DNA of 64,000 nucleotides from Ascidiella aspersa (Eukaryota). A program made the position numbers and the translations under genes. The stretch covers positions 22,940,001 through 23,004,000 of the forward strand of contig OZ004609.1 in the NCBI GenBank assembly GCA_963924565.1, read 5' to 3'. A model generated the notes under the pieces. The model searched no databases. It worked only from the letters and a program-made list of their open reading frames with translations, and had not been told where the DNA came from. This document shows, one piece after another, positions 36,232 through 51,500 of this stretch (positions within the stretch are counted from its first letter, which is position 1; every line of letters starts with the position of its first letter).

Positions 36232-39200
36232 CTTTAAATTGATGCTCTACAAACGACTTGATCCTTTTTTATCATAATTTACATTAACGATTAAATAAGG
36301 CCATGGCCATATTTTGACTACGATTTATCCACGGTCATATAGCAAAACAACAAGGTACAGATCAATTGATGTCTAGGTCCGTTTTGCCATGCGAGCTGGT
36401 CATTCACTTAGCAAGACCAACTTGTTGCTTTTTTGTCACACTATTGCACTTTGCCTATGTTTGATGTCGTTCCGTCACCTAAAATACCATTGCGGGCAAA
36501 TTTAATTAGCTGTGAGGCTGTGTAGGCATGGAGCCTGTGTGCCAGCGACCCAGCAGCCGTTCAAAGCACGGTGCGCGTTTTGCAATTTGTTACGACTTGG
36601 GCTATATTATATTTATTTCGAGGTTGAGTTTGTTGTTTAAATTTGCGGTCGTATAGCGCCTTTGCGGGGGATTCGACATGCGTGGGAATGCCAGCGAGCC
36701 ACGCACGATCGAACGCAGATTAAGGGTAAATACAATAGTTTTTTTCGCAAAAGCTGTATTGCATTTAGAACAGTTTTTTTCGCATTTACTCAAATAATTT
36801 TGTAAACTTCTATAATACGTGAAAAGGGCAAAGAACCAGAATTTAAGTAACTCAATCCTCGAATATATACTACAAGCCATTAAATTGTTTACGGGAGATC
36901 AAACGTCCTCTTTGACATAAAAATGTCTACCGTAAGTACGTAGCGTCAGCAATTATCTTAATTGCGGGGAAAACAAACTTTTCGTCCGCCCCCAGTTATG
37001 TCGTTTGCGTGGTAGGCATTTTCAAAATAAATGGCAGGTTTTAAACTTATGTTTTGTAAACCACTCGTTTTGTCATTCCGTTACGTTATGCACCAGTTTA
37101 GTCAACGCAAAATAAATTCACCCAGTCTTCTGGTGAAATTCAAAACCTTTAATTCTGAGATGACACCGCATATAGAACCTTTTCGCGTAGTAATACTTAC
37201 ACACTCATTCACTTACTATGTAAATCCTCCTTTGATTCATGCTATAAGATATTTAAACTCGTAATTTTTCAACAGAGAAAATAGTATTAAATAAATAGTT
37301 TGGACCAAGCAAATATCTCTCTGTTGGTAAAATTATATAAAACAAGTCATGTGGCGGGGAGTTTACCTGCAACAGAAAGTAGCTAAATAACATTGTGTGA
37401 AAGAAGCATTAGGTAGGGATTTCCAATTCAAGCAATCGAAAAATATTTACACCGCACCCGTTTAGACGCGCTACCCCACTACATTCAATTCGACTTTATT
37501 TTCGACATCCGATGCGCACAATAGTATATTGCCCAACTCGTCATCCCAAGTTCGTGTTTGTTTTACGTTCGGTCGCTATGGCAACCGTAACCGCGAGCCG
37601 AAATAAGTCAGGCTTCCCCGGCGCACAATGAAGTTGCTGCTAGACCATGGGCGTAGCGTGACGCAACTCGGGGTATTTGGGAACGCAGGGGCTTCTCGGA
37701 GCCTTTCAACGCCGTGTGACCCGTGGCTGACAGTTTTTTGAAAGTAAAACAGACTGAGGTGTAGTAAGTTTGGGGGAGAGGAAATGTATATTAACCCTAA
37801 GGAAACTTTTCAAAGTCGTGTAAAATTCAATTTACCTTTTTCAGAGTTGCGTTAAATTGAGTTACCAATTGCTGATTATAATTTTAAATGGCGGAAAAAA
37901 AGATTTTGGTTTGTCGATAAAATTGAATGGTACAAAAGCAGACAAGAATGCCGTAAAATCTATACTTTTCATCTTTGTAGTAAAGTTCTTTCAACAGCAA
38001 CACTAAACCTGAAGCTTCACAAACCACTTTCAAGTTAAACTCGCTGAAAACCGCGGTAATAAATCACCACGCTCCATTCAAAACAACGGTTTTCCCTTCC
38101 CGCCTGAAACAATAGATTTGTCGCCTCGCGGTTGGTGCGAATCCCAGAGAACATTCTTCGTGGCAAAGAACGTGAACGGCAAATGAAAACCGTTCCGTCA
38201 ATAGCGGGGTCGTCCACGCACCATCAACGTCATGCCAGGCGTTCCGGAAACAAAACGTCAATCAGAACGTTTGTTCTTCGCGTAAAACAATACGCGGTAA
38301 ACACCATTGTGCGGGCCGACAGCAAACCGAAAAAAACACAATCGTAAACTCGGAGAAAAAAATAGTAAGCTGTTTTTTTCGCTTGGCTGCTGACGGCTGA
38401 CGGTATAGGGAAAGAAAATTTCCCGTGAAAGATGACAAATCGTCCACATCGCGTTGGATCAACGTCATTTCGGGAAGTACCACACATCACATTCTGCATC
38501 CTTTGGTACAGAACCGAGTTACTTTCATATAGTGTGATGTTGAAATTTTTTTGCAATAATAAATAATTAAAGTCTATCAACATGGTTTAACGTCGTAAAT
38601 ACAAAACGTTCTCATACCAACCAACCAAATTCTACTAAAAGTTTTCAAATATTTACTTTTTTTTAATTCTTATCTCACAAAACAATTTTTTTTAAATCAT
38701 ATAGAAGTTCTAGCCAGTTGTTGCAATTCGTCCAAGCATGTCGCATAATCCATAAAAAATTCCAATAATTTGAAAAACCGGGCATTCCTGTTTCGTGCGA
38801 AAATATGAATCAGCACTATCCCACAGTTTGTAACTCATTGGGCATGCGCGACGTGGCTTTGAAATTTTCAATTGTGAACGAGCCATTTTAAAATACTTCA
38901 CCATTTTTAGAGCGTTTTTTTGTTAACGTACATCGTACGGTCAGCAAAATGCACAAAACGTATCTATTGGATTTTGCACATCATTTGTAGGCTACATATT
39001 TGCATTAACGCTTGAACTTTGTTATATTAAATCACATCAAAATGAAAGCAACACTTATAACATTTTTTTTTACTTTTTTAATGTCGACACTGCACGGTTA
39101 ACTGCTGTAATGTTTTAAAAATCTGTATGGGGGTGCTTTATCCATGCACATAAACTTTATCTCATTAGAATGCTAACTGACAACAAAATCTGGCACAAAT

Positions 39201-42200
39201 TGGCAGCTTAATTTGTTTGCCTCTTCTGAGTAGACTCTTGCTGCTGATGGATACGTTATTTAAATTGCTAACGAATCGATCCTTATTACAATTAGACTAA
39301 TCGATATACGCTGATTGTATATTAAAATCTTTCTGTTTATATTCAGGCGTATACCTTTGCGCTACGACTTACATATTGTGAAGAAATAAAAATCCAAATA
39401 ACAACTCTCTCCCTTCGACATAACAACGTCAAAATGCAAGATCACGTTGTGCTGCTCGGTAAACGAACAGCGCAATTACCTTGCAAGCGACTGGAACGCA
39501 ATTTACGACCTGCGTTGTTCGTCGTTGTGACTTAGCCTGTAGTAAATAGGACTTCGCCGCTGATGGATTTTGTACCTATATGCGCAGCTAAAGATTCGCC
39601 GTATGCCTCGGGCGGTTTGCCTTACCAAAGGTAGTTGAAACCGATTATGCTCGCCAGGACGACAAAATGGTGCAACATTTACGTGGTTCGGCCAATGGAC
39701 TTAGAGTTGACCAATAACTGTGGAAAAAAACTGACCTTTTCTCAGATATTCCATTTAATCCTTAAAACAGCTTAGAGAAACGACTATCCAACCACAGTTT
39801 CCGGCAAGCGTTGCTTGAAGTCGGACATAAAGATTTGTTTTTTTAAATGTAATTTAAAACTGTTTACGCAAACCCAAATGGCTGCATTTAATGTCGTTCG
39901 AAAAATCTCTGCCGGTAAACAATCGTATCTAAACACGTTTAAACCTTCACTACCTTTCAGAAACCGTTTAACTGTTTTGGCTTCGTATTTTTGCAACATT
40001 GTGTATTTAATTCTGTCGACTCTTATGCAGACTTGCCAATTCAACTATTTTATTGCAACGTCATTATTCGGATGAGTTATTGCGCCACTCTTATAACACT
40101 TTCTTCGATTTTAGTTTCGAGCCCAGTGATTTGTTCACATGACTAGCCTGGAGTTATTTGAGGGCACTGGGAAATCGTTTTATTATTTAATCTAGGATTT
40201 GCATAAGACCAGCGCAAACAAATAGTAAGACTCGGTATAAGCCTGTCAATTATGTGGTAGGAGCAACTCAATTCGACATTGCCTACTGGATAATATTACG
40301 CCTAGGGTTTAATATCTGGATTTGAAAAAAGAGTATTAGCAGCCAATCCTATTAACAAACATGAATTAGTAGGCTAAATTATTCATCTTTTTATTTCTTA
40401 TCTTTAAGGTAATTTATTAATATGTAGCACAATTGACTTTTGCGGATTATAGCAATGTGCAGTTTTATTATGTGTCTCATTACTTGAAACATTGGATCTG
40501 TTTTTTGTAAAATTCTGCGAAAGTATAGATGGTGCTTGTTTTTAAATTGAAACACTAGAACTCAGACTTTGACGTTTTTAACGTAAATGCTCAAGCCTAT
40601 ATATTTGATTGTAGTGTTACGATGGATTTAAATATAATTTTTCCCGATTCTAGCACAGCATGACCTACTTGCCGTTGGTTTATATTGTACATCGCTGAAA
40701 AATAAGTTGGAGATGAGTAATAAACTAATCGAAAAATCATGTGAAAATGTTTGGTAATTGTTGTGGGTGCGGTTCGACTATGCGCAGCACATTAACCACG
40801 TAAAACAAGTCGAACTTGTTTCCGATGGCTTTAAACACGCATATATTTACCTGTTTTCCGCACGGATACTGACGCTTAACCTTTAATGAGCAGAAGAGGT
40901 CGGTTAAACATCAGGTAAGCACACTGAATAAACTATAGATAATCATTCTCTTTCTTGACTAAAAAGTGAAAGACTACAAAGGGTAATAGTGCCACAAGGG
41001 GTACTGGTTGGTGCCTGTTTGCCCTTTTCTTGAGTAATCCATTTGGGCAAAGTATATTAGCAAGTTAATCCGACGAACCACCACACGTAAGCAAAATGTT
41101 TTTACATTTGAAAAAAGAGCCCAAACAATATTTTTTCGAGTTTAATATCGTTTACTTGTTTAAAGAGAAACGATGACAGTCTACCCAAGCGTACACTGCA
41201 AACTGCTTGTCATTGCGGACAAGCTGCAGTTTTTAAATGGAGTATGCGTCATTTGTTTCGTGCTGTTGCCTGTTTAGCTTTTGTAAGGTAAATGTGAAAT
41301 TTTATAAAAACGATATGCACAAATTCGCGTTTGGTGGTAAAGAGTAAAACGTTGTCCCCCCCCCCCCAATCCAGGGTATAATAGACAAAGGAATAGGAAG
41401 ACGAAATAGGCTATGGTGTATTATGGGAATAATAAATGTGAGGCGCGCCGTAACATTGAGAAGAAATATAATTTGTCGCATAAATATAGTTTATTGTTCT
41501 TTTACAATCATTGCTATAAGAACAAACTACAGAAAATAAAAACTTTCTGAGCCAAGCGGATTAGACTTATATTTGCTGCCTCTTCCGCATTCCTGCTGTT
41601 AAAGTCTCCCGTGGCGCTACCCTTAATGGAAAGTTCAGGAAAGCTCATGCCGTTTAAAGGAGCTTGCGTGACGAATAAGCTGATACCAGGCTTTACGCAG
41701 CACGAAATAGGCGCGGGGTTTAAAGTTATTAATTCCGGTGCTATTCGTTTCAAGGTTTTACAATTTTCCTGCTATTTCATCGCTAAACTGAACTGGTGAT
41801 TCCCGTTTAATTCTGTATTTACAATAAACATGTAGTTTTCTAACAATATGCTTTGCAAAAGAAATTACTTTTAACAGCAATTGCAGCTTTACGTTTTTTA
41901 CTATCTCCTTAATAGATTGCGTGCCAATACATATTACAGGAACACGTATAGTGTCGTAAGACTAATTAAATCGCTTTATCGAATTTATTCCCAAATACAC
42001 AAACAGAACATACCTTTCCTAATCAATTATAATTAAACATTGGCGGCGTTTTTCGATATTTCTGCGGTTCGTCGCCATCTAATGAAGTGGCAAGCCAAAT
42101 AATCGCTTCGTCTTCCGCAATACGAGTCGACATATGTTTGCTTGCTTTCATCGCAATGCGCGATTTAATGACGCGTCGGCGTCACAAACAAATCATTCGT

Positions 42201-45200
42201 TATTAGCGCCTGTGGCAGCGGGCTGTGCTGTGATGTAAACGACTCAACGTGGATTCCGTAAATCCAAAGTGCATGAGCCACATAGTGCTGGCAGTGTCCT
42301 TTACAACAGTGCTTCTACTTTTTTAGTTTTGGTCACTCCTATAGCATCTATATTCAGTATACTCTTGTCTATAAACAAATTCTCGCCTGTTTACTGAACA
42401 GGTTGATCACCCAGAATATCTACCCTTCTCGCAAGCTATCTTCCATTTCTGACGGTTCACCCTTATTTACCCCTTTTGGTTGGTTCACCCTTGCAAAAAT
42501 GTTATTCACCCTGGAGTGAAATATTCACCTGATTAGGAAACACTGCTTTAGAATACAGAAGAAAAAAAATATTTTATATTGCAGAACTTACTCTTTCACG
42601 TTTTAGTTTAGGCAATATCTGACCCCTACTATCGGGTAATTCTTTAATGTAAGTGTCGATTCATACACTTTTAATGGGAAATTGCAAAACCTATGTCTTT
42701 AAAATACAAAGTGAGTCTAATTTACGTTATGGAAATATATATTAAAAGTAACAATTTATTTAGATAATGATTCATGTCGTTTTATTAAATCAGTCGGTTT
42801 ACTTAGGTTGTATACAAAAAATATTGTTAACAAGGTAATTGTAACAGCGTCCTATGTGTTTAAAATTATTGTGTTTTTCTTACGTGGAAATCGGGTAAAC
42901 GATTTGTTTTATGTGTAAATGGAAAACACGCTCATAATGAATTGTGTATATCTGTCCAACCGCAATATTGAAAGAGCGACGGAAAACATAAGGACAGCGC
43001 GCTTGGCTTATTTAACCTGGTGCCGTTTACACATGACGTTATAAGAGATAATGCAATATTTACAGCTCGACAAAAATGATGCTACTACTCCACACAACAC
43101 AAGAAACCTCAATGTTTAATATTCATATTAACATTACCTTTGACATGTTTGGTGTATATGGTCATTATAACGGCGAATTGTGCTTTTTTCGTTGGAAATG
43201 CCAAATCGATACAGACAAGTGGTATTTTTTTCAAACTTCACCTTCAAGCGACCCAAATATAAACTGCTCTCACGCACTCTTCGAATTACCGCCTCTATTC
43301 AGCGCACAAAGGATCACAAAATGTCCATTTCGCGATTACAAGTTGTGGGCAAGTGCCGATGCCGTGTACGTCATTGTGCGGAGGACCTTCATTATCGACG
43401 CCCGGCCGCACAAACAACTGCCCCACGAGATCCCTATAAGCCGGCACCTAGCGAACCCAGCAATTCCAGCGGGATTTCCGTTGAGCTCGCTCCATCCCCA
43501 GTACATCCCCCTGTATTTTGAAAAGGTTACCTTTCACAAGAATGCTTTGCATCTTCTCGAGAAAGCTAGGGAGGGAGAAAAGAGGACAACTTGCTGTAGT
43601 TTGCAAAAACCCGTATACTTGCATAACATCTGGGCGATAACACGTAGTGGCTGCGTTGACAATCTATCCAATTTTAGCAAATAAAAGCATATCAACCCTT
43701 AGAGAGACAGTACACAATCGGGTAAAATCGCACCAGTTAAAAAAAATTGCACGTGCCTATATGGTTATGTTTGACTAAGGCACTTAAAAACAGGCGTTAC
43801 TCCCAGTAAGATAACCCCTTGGGCGTTGGCCAGCACACGACCAAACCCCCGCAAAGCGTTATCTCGTTTGTTCGCCTTTCGATCCAGACACACATGGTTT
43901 CTTGGTTAGCCTCCGCCAACAAAAATGGCTTATCACGAGTAATTGCAAACAGTTTTGTGCTCGGTTTGATGCGACGGCAAATGCTAGGGGTAAGGCGGGT
44001 GGCTAATCGTCTTGCGACAGCGCTGGGTAACTCCGCGACATGGCAGGTTTGTGTTATAGGTTGAAGTGGGGTCGCCGCATCCGCCGTAAGGACGGCCTCT
44101 CGAATAGGCACTGTCAAGAGTGCGCAAATATTGTCTTACTCCAAGGCTGGGTCTCCGTCTACCAGAGGCCCCTCAATGATAGCCTTGGCTCACCAAAAGC
44201 TTTTCTTCGCAATAGTGCTGGCATACTTACCTAACGTTGCGCATAAAACCTAAAATGCGCAGGGTGGACCCATGTTTAACGTTGTGATTATATAGATTTT
44301 TATAATAGGCGTTCCAGCTAAGACGTTTGAACCGCGAATAACAGTGTCATCCCATTTGGCAAAAAGATGATTCCGGGTATTTCATCGGAATTTCAAATCT
44401 GATTTTAAGTGCTTATTGGGGGAAGCCGAAAAACTATCTGCGGAATCCCTGAGATATTTTGCTCATTAAAGTCAGTAGGCGAAAAAATCGTTATTGGTTC
44501 TTCCCGAAAAATCTTATTACGAAATACAGTTTGTGTTTTTTTGTTTAGTGGTGGTTGATCGCTTAACCTTAACGCACGGCTAAGTATGATTCACTGAAAA
44601 CGTGCACATTGCGCTAATTCCTAATACCGATACCCTGTATAGTTTCTCGAATATTGTTTAAACTGAAATGTACGTCTCGTTTGTAACATGTATACGCAGA
44701 GTTTTAATCTTTATTAATCCACTTTCTAAATTAATTTAAATTGAACAGAATATCGAGGTCCCGACCACTAAGCATTAAATTGTTGGGTGATTGATTGTAA
44801 TAGTATTTGAACACTAAATAATGGTATAGTTCAAGCAAAATTGGCTTTGGGCGTAAAAAGCAAAACAAATAAATAAATGATGAAGATATAGTGTGAAGAT
44901 CATGTCATCAAAGCACTTGAAAATAGTTTACAAATCAGATGTTACTGAAAGTTATTCGATGAGCGTTCTATTTCGGCTTACAACTTCACCGTCAAACGGG
45001 AAAGGCCGCTATAGTTACTAAATTGGCAAATTCCTTTAATATAACTATTGTGCTCAAAATAAAAACGCTAAATATATATTATCCTACAACAAGAAAGAAA
45101 ACACCATATACGCCAAAGGAACCGTAGAGAATTGAGAAACGGTGGAAACCGGTCAAAGCTTGGATGTTACAGTCTAGACTCTAGACCCATGTCATATTCG

Positions 45201-45228
45201 TACGAAATTTATTTTAAATAACGCAAGT

Positions 45229-45418
45229 AACACGTGCGGTGGGCGCTATTACGCATTCGACGCAATCAACAACAAGGCGCTAAATGATGTGCTTGGGCAT
45301 TTGCGCGATGTCGCTCAAAAACAACACGTGCGGTGGGCGCTATTACGCATTCGACGCAATCAACAACAAGGCGCTAAATGATGTGCTTGGGCATTTGCGC
45401 GATGTCGCTCAAAAACAA
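45229..45418. repeat. Perfect tandem duplication, 2 x 94 bp
   Basis: AACACGTGCGGTGGGCGCTATTACGC...GATGTCGCTCAAAAAC starts at 45229 and again at 45323. Confidence 0.95.
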
Positions 45419-48380
45419 ATTCCTACCTTCGCGCGCCTCTCTCAACCGTCGCCGATACAAAGATACGACGTCTATATTGCTATCTAAACAGAGGGTTTGA
45501 TACCGGAGGCGCGCTGTTGTCATTTCGGGACACTTGAGGTTTGCTCGAGTGGGGCTGCGGCGATAACTCACTCAAGGGGTTCATGCCAAGCACCAGATAC
45601 CGGCTGCGCAAAACACGAAAGGACTAATTTATCGGCGACTTGACGTTGGGCTGCGACACTTTGACGCGTACGCGGGTTGCTTGTATTATCTTCGGCACAC
45701 AACTCTTTAATAATTACTTTTTAATTACGCTTTTGCCGAACGGGAAATTGCGCAAATAGACGACGGGATAGGGAACCTGCTGCATTAGGGCGACAATAAA
45801 AACAGCCGAAGGATGTCCAAGAAATAAAGACTAAAAAATTGAATGCTAGCCCTTTCAAATTATATCGATCCAGAAATAAATGGGTAGACCGGGAAAGTTG
45901 TTTTCCAAACAAAACCTTTTTATTTAAAAATATCTTTGTCAGGTTTTGGGTAGCGTGGCGTGATTTTCTTTGTAAACCAAGTACGGTATATGAAAGCCTG
46001 CCCATCGTTAACAAAATGCTGTTGTTAATTTCTAAAACAAGTTGTATTTTTTTCTAAAATAGGAATTGGCTGCAATTAACTATTTGAAATTCATCAAGGT
46101 TTAATGTAATAATATCATTAAAATATATTTCTTTAAATATTACGCATAATGATATTTGTGATTTATTTATGACAGTGTTACTTGAATACCTACATTTTCG
46201 AGAAGAGAGTGCAGTCAAGTTATATCGGCCGAACACGCAAAATCACATAAGGTTTCGGATGCTGTGTCATTTATACCGACGGCAAATACCGACGACTTAC
46301 AAATGCAAACTCTTTAGTGACACTAAGCGGGTAAAGCTGCAAAGCATCGCTCTTCCTCGAATTCGGGGGAATCTTAACGCTTTCAGCAAGCAGCGGCAAG
46401 TCTGGGGCATCTGACCGCCACTATAGGGGTGGCTATCTCGCACGCAACTTGGCATTCCATTCGGCATTGTCATGCAAAAAAGGCCACACCCCGCATTTGG
46501 ACAGAGTCTTGACAAAATGGAAAAAACGCTCACACCCGCTCGGCATCACACGGACTTTTGACCTTGAATAGCGACGCAATTCGGTTCGCCCTTTCGCCGA
46601 TTGACGATGGGCGATTACTTGCCTTTTGCTTGATCCCTGGAAATGTGAACGACATCGATGGATTAATCTTATTGAGAGTTGGTACGAAGTATACGACTGT
46701 GAATTTATCGCCTTTTGGTATATGTGACTCTTTGAGGCCACGCTCCAAATCATGGTGTCTGTTTCTTTTAATCATTAAAACTTCGTCACATCACAGTTAA
46801 TCTTTTAAAAAAATCGACGTGGCTTTAACGAAACTCTCCTAAAGTTTTCTCTTATTTTATGATTTTGTTCTAGTAGCTAAGTTTGCTTTTCCATGCATAA
46901 TGTCATTTGCGTTTTATGCTTTCTCAAACATAATTTGACATTGCTAAAACCTGTGTTGGTGCTGTTGTGTACATACCTACCCAACATGCTTGACATTTCA
47001 CATCTGATAGTCAAGACAATTCGGCATATCGGAATTTTCCCAGTGCAATGTGGTATTTGGGGAACGTGGTTTCACTTTCTCTTTGTTTATGTTTCCTGAT
47101 CTCCTTGAAGGGCGCTTCGTGGACACGCACGATAGTATATTTTTAGAAACTTGTGCATTTGGTTTACGTGTAGCTGTTCAATGCATGATGCTCTGCAAAT
47201 AGTAAGTTTAACTGGAATTTACCACCAACAAAAGTAATTTTGATTTTTGATACTTGAAAATTGATACATTTTATTCACCATAAACGACAAATCCGATGGA
47301 AATTACGCGCTTTGAAAAATATACACAAATCATCAACAACAATTCTACTATTCTCCATCACGTTAAGCTAGGCATTAATAAGGTTTGATTGGAAGAGATA
47401 AAATACTTTGTCAAAACTTTAGGGTGGCGTAAATGGTTAAAAAACTGATCTTTTATATGCAGTCAAATACAAAATGTATCAATAAAAATGCATTAGCAAT
47501 GTATTCTAATAAATATACTAAGTATTCTCGTTTGAAATTTCACTCTGCAATTTCTTAATGTATTCAATTAGCACTGTTTGTGCGAAACAATGATCAACGT
47601 TACGTGGAACAAAGTACTTTCGGTCCTTCGTTTACACAACCGTTTGTTTCAAAACTGACGTTTTAATATTGAAGATTTGTTTTGCTCAATTGTGCTAATT
47701 GAACATCTTTCGATCCTCAATTAGTGTGTGTGTTTGTGTTTCGCATAGGTTGTTCACCCTTGCTAATCCAAAGGTCGATTTAGATCATTGAAGTGTTAAG
47801 CATACATCCTGTCACTGACCTTTGCCATCCTTGTCAAATTCTTCGCATCGACGCTGTAAATGCATATCATGTATACCCACGATTGTTAAAATAGATCCGG
47901 TGGCTTGATCTAGCGTTGAAAGACGAAACCAGCAATCCTACAATTTCTTTAAGAATGTTAGGAATGGTGCGACGACATGGTTTTTAGACCGTGTAGTAGT
48001 GGTTTAAGTCATAAAGTTACTTTGACTAAAGTGTACTTAAGTCACCCTTTTAAAATAAATTGACTTGACAGAAAACATTTACACAAATTACTTGACTTAA
48101 GTTGACCTTTAACCCAATACATTTTAGTAATGTTGTGTTATGTAAGCCAATTTTTTTTTTATACGTTATAAATGTTAACTTCTTAATTGTTGGCTACGAA
48201 TTTAACACGCCAAACCAATTTTTATAAAATATAATATTTTTATTGAAATGCTTTGACTAATTCTTTGACAATGACTTAAACTTGGATTTAAAATTACTTA
48301 GACTTAAGACTTAAGTGATTTCGAAATGACTTGTTGTTTACAACAATGCCCATTGGTGATTATAAATATATCGTATATAC

Positions 48381-48564
48381 CAGTGGTCGGCAAACTGTGA
48401 GCCGCGGCCAAAATGTGGGCCATTTTTACTGGCCTACGAACTATTTGCAAACTACAACCAAACCAAAATTCTGATCTTACCCTGTTTCCGTATTAATCTT
48501 ACGTAGTGAACAGCTCTAGAAAGACCATTTTGGGCTGCGATAAAAACAAGTTTGCCTACCAATG
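48381..48564. mobile_element. Short hAT-type MITE (184 bp)
   Basis: TIR CAGTGGTCGGCAAAC / GTTTGCCTACCAATG (13/15); flanks GTATATAC / GTATATGC (7/8). Confidence 0.8.
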
Positions 48565-51500
48565 GTATATGCGATCCGACATGAGGGATTCATCATGGAG
48601 GTTAATAAGTTGCGATAATCAACCTCATCAACAACACATACTACATCGTACATAGAAGCATGCTAATGGTAACAACAACTTTACAGTATTTTTTTACTTT
48701 TCTATTTTTGCCTTTGTTATAAAAGCATCCTTGTAAAACTTAAAAATAATGCTGTTGCTCGGTATATAACATGTATCTAAATAATAAAAGTAAAAAAAAT
48801 AAAGTTGTAAAAAAAAATAAAATAAATTAAGTAAAAAAATAAAGTTGATACACCAAGTTTTGAATAATAAAGACATAAAAACGTTTCCAACGTTTCTATG
48901 GACCTGGTTTTTATCGCATCCTGCTATCCTTTATTTGTGATTTAATATATTTAATTAACCACAATCAAACTTGTAAGAGTTTGTTTCGACACCAATAAAA
49001 CTTTAAAACAAAAATTAGAAAACGTAAAATATACTTTCTTCGAGTTTTCGTTACATAGGAAATAACTGCAAAAATGTTCCAATTGCAGCTTGTGCCCACA
49101 AATAAGCCTACTGTGATTTGTGCTTCTCGATTGGTCAACCGCAAAACTCTTTTAGGTGGCCGTGCACTTTTAGTGACCTTTCAATATTTTGTATAAATCG
49201 TTTTGTTGTAATTAAATGGCATTTTGTCGTTGTGTTTTTGGTTTTGTCTGTCATACCCTACTATAGCGCCTCTCTATACTGTTGCTCCATGCAAGGTTGC
49301 CTGGTGCATCGCAGGAGGCAAATGAATAAAAATATTGAAACATAAAACATGTATGTTTTACTGTTTTTATACTAGCTTTATCTTATTTATCAAAATAAAC
49401 CCCACAGTGCTTTGACGATATACAAATCTGTGGGATATGCAATAAAGCCTTACAAGCAATTAAAAGAATGGCCTGTCAAAAAAGCGTTTTGCGTTAGTTT
49501 CACTCTGGTGCGCCACGGCGTTCTTGGAGGTCTCGTGCGCTGCTCTCGAGGTTAAAAGAGTACGACAATTGCACCGTAACAAATTCTCGGCAAAAGTGGG
49601 TCCCAATAAAAAAATATATTGCAAAAAGTGATTGCGCCCTAAAGTAGTTTTAGGAGCACTGCTTTACATAAATAAACATAGCTTTAAAGTATTTTGATTT
49701 GTAATTGGTTTGTGTTTCTAAAATATGAATCTTTTGTACCGAGCATATAGGATATCCATGGCCCTATCTTCATATTTCGAAGATTCACACGTGTTATACA
49801 TTTTTTGTTAAAAATACAAACGTCGTGCGCGCAGTTACGGTAGACTTTATTATAAATTTACGTCGAAATTTAAATAAATTATCAAAGGTACACATGAACG
49901 TTTCAAAAACGCTAAGCTCAAATTGATTTAACAAATTACCTCACCGCGACTCACAAACATACATGTCACGCAAAGGGGTCATTACAATGTTTATCAAGTT
50001 GCTATATATGTATACCTGCTTTAAAACGTTATCACCACAACGTGTTAAAGTTCGGCAATTCCTGTAGCTTTATTTGCAGTGTTTTCGCGTGTGATAAGGC
50101 ACGATGGCAGTGCTCTGTATTTCTTTAATAATTACCTTTATGCGCTATTGCCACTACGCATTAATCAATGTACTAGAAGCCTTTATGAGTGGACGAAAAC
50201 GTTAAAACGTAAAATTCTAGCAACTTTTTTGTTTGCTCATCGTCCACACAACTATCTGCTCAGTATTGTTTGGCAACCCAATTGATTGTCTGTTGATGAC
50301 GATGATGGTCATCTTGTGTTTTATAACGACGCTTTGGATCGCCTTATGGCTGCACTAATTGTGCGGCTTTTGCATCCACAACATTAACTTATTAACTGGT
50401 ATAGTAGCTTAAAAAAGATAATTTTTTTTTATAAATGCGTTTATTTTACTTAAGTCGAAAAGTAAACTTCGTTCGTGACAGATTGATTTAAAACAGTTGC
50501 GTATGTTGCTTGCAAAACAATATCCACTCATTTGCGACTAGTCCTGCGTTTAAGGAACCTCGGTAAGCTGTCTAATGCCCATAAAGTAATTTACATACAT
50601 AGTGGCTTGTCGTATAATTGCAGGTGCTAATCCGTATTATTATCGGTGAATTATTATAAAACGTGATATCTAATTACGATGATAGTAAATCCTCTAAAGT
50701 CGTGTTCGAATTTCACCAAGTCCCTTTCTGGTAATAAACAGCGGATGGCGTTATTAAAGCACTTCTGTAGCAAAATGTCTGTCGCAGTCACGTTCTGGAG
50801 TTCGAATCAAGTACGAAAACATTCCACACTTTGTCGAAAGGGATGTGCATCTCGTCTAGGCCTTAGGTCCTTTTTCTTAAAATACAGAATGTGTCACGTT
50901 TTTAGACCAGTGCTCCGCAACCAATGTACCGCGAGACGATGCCAGTTGTGCCGCGACGTTCCCGGAGGTGTGTTATTTGCGTTTTAATTAACGCCATGCA
51001 ATAATCCATGTGTAATGAACTTTCCACAATATTTACAATTATTGTGCGATTTAGTTTTGAATACCTCTTGGTCCACAGTAAGACACATGTAAATTTTACA
51101 GATTACATTATTTATTTATTGGGCATAATGCAATACTTCATCTGAAAGCATAGTATATGGTTTATTAAACACCAAATTTGCAAATCGTGCATCGTGTGAG
51201 AGTGATAAATTGGAGTAATTGGACGCACATTTATTTTTATTATCACAAAAAAAGGAGATTTGGATTTTACCACAGGAATTCATAGTTGTGCAGCAATTCA
51301 AGATGTAATTCCTTCCCAATAGCTTGCAATATTTTTACAATAATAAAATAAATCCGATACTTTCAGGGGCATTACGGCAGTAAACATATTGTCAGTATTG
51401 TTTTTTCCAAGGGAATGGAAAGCTTCGTTTGTCACAACTTTTTCCAAGAGGTTGTATTTGAAGCAAGGCCCAAGTCCCGCTCACAATTGTTTTGTTTTTT

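Noticed and set aside
37754-37772. let-7-like TGAGGTGTAGTAAGTTTG
   Set aside because: The seed is interrupted by a 2-nt insertion and no hairpin is evident.
43076-43684. Longest unexplained ORF (202 aa, + strand)
   Set aside because: No recognisable motif, composition drifts from AT-rich to GC-rich, and there is no supporting exon chain; probably chance.
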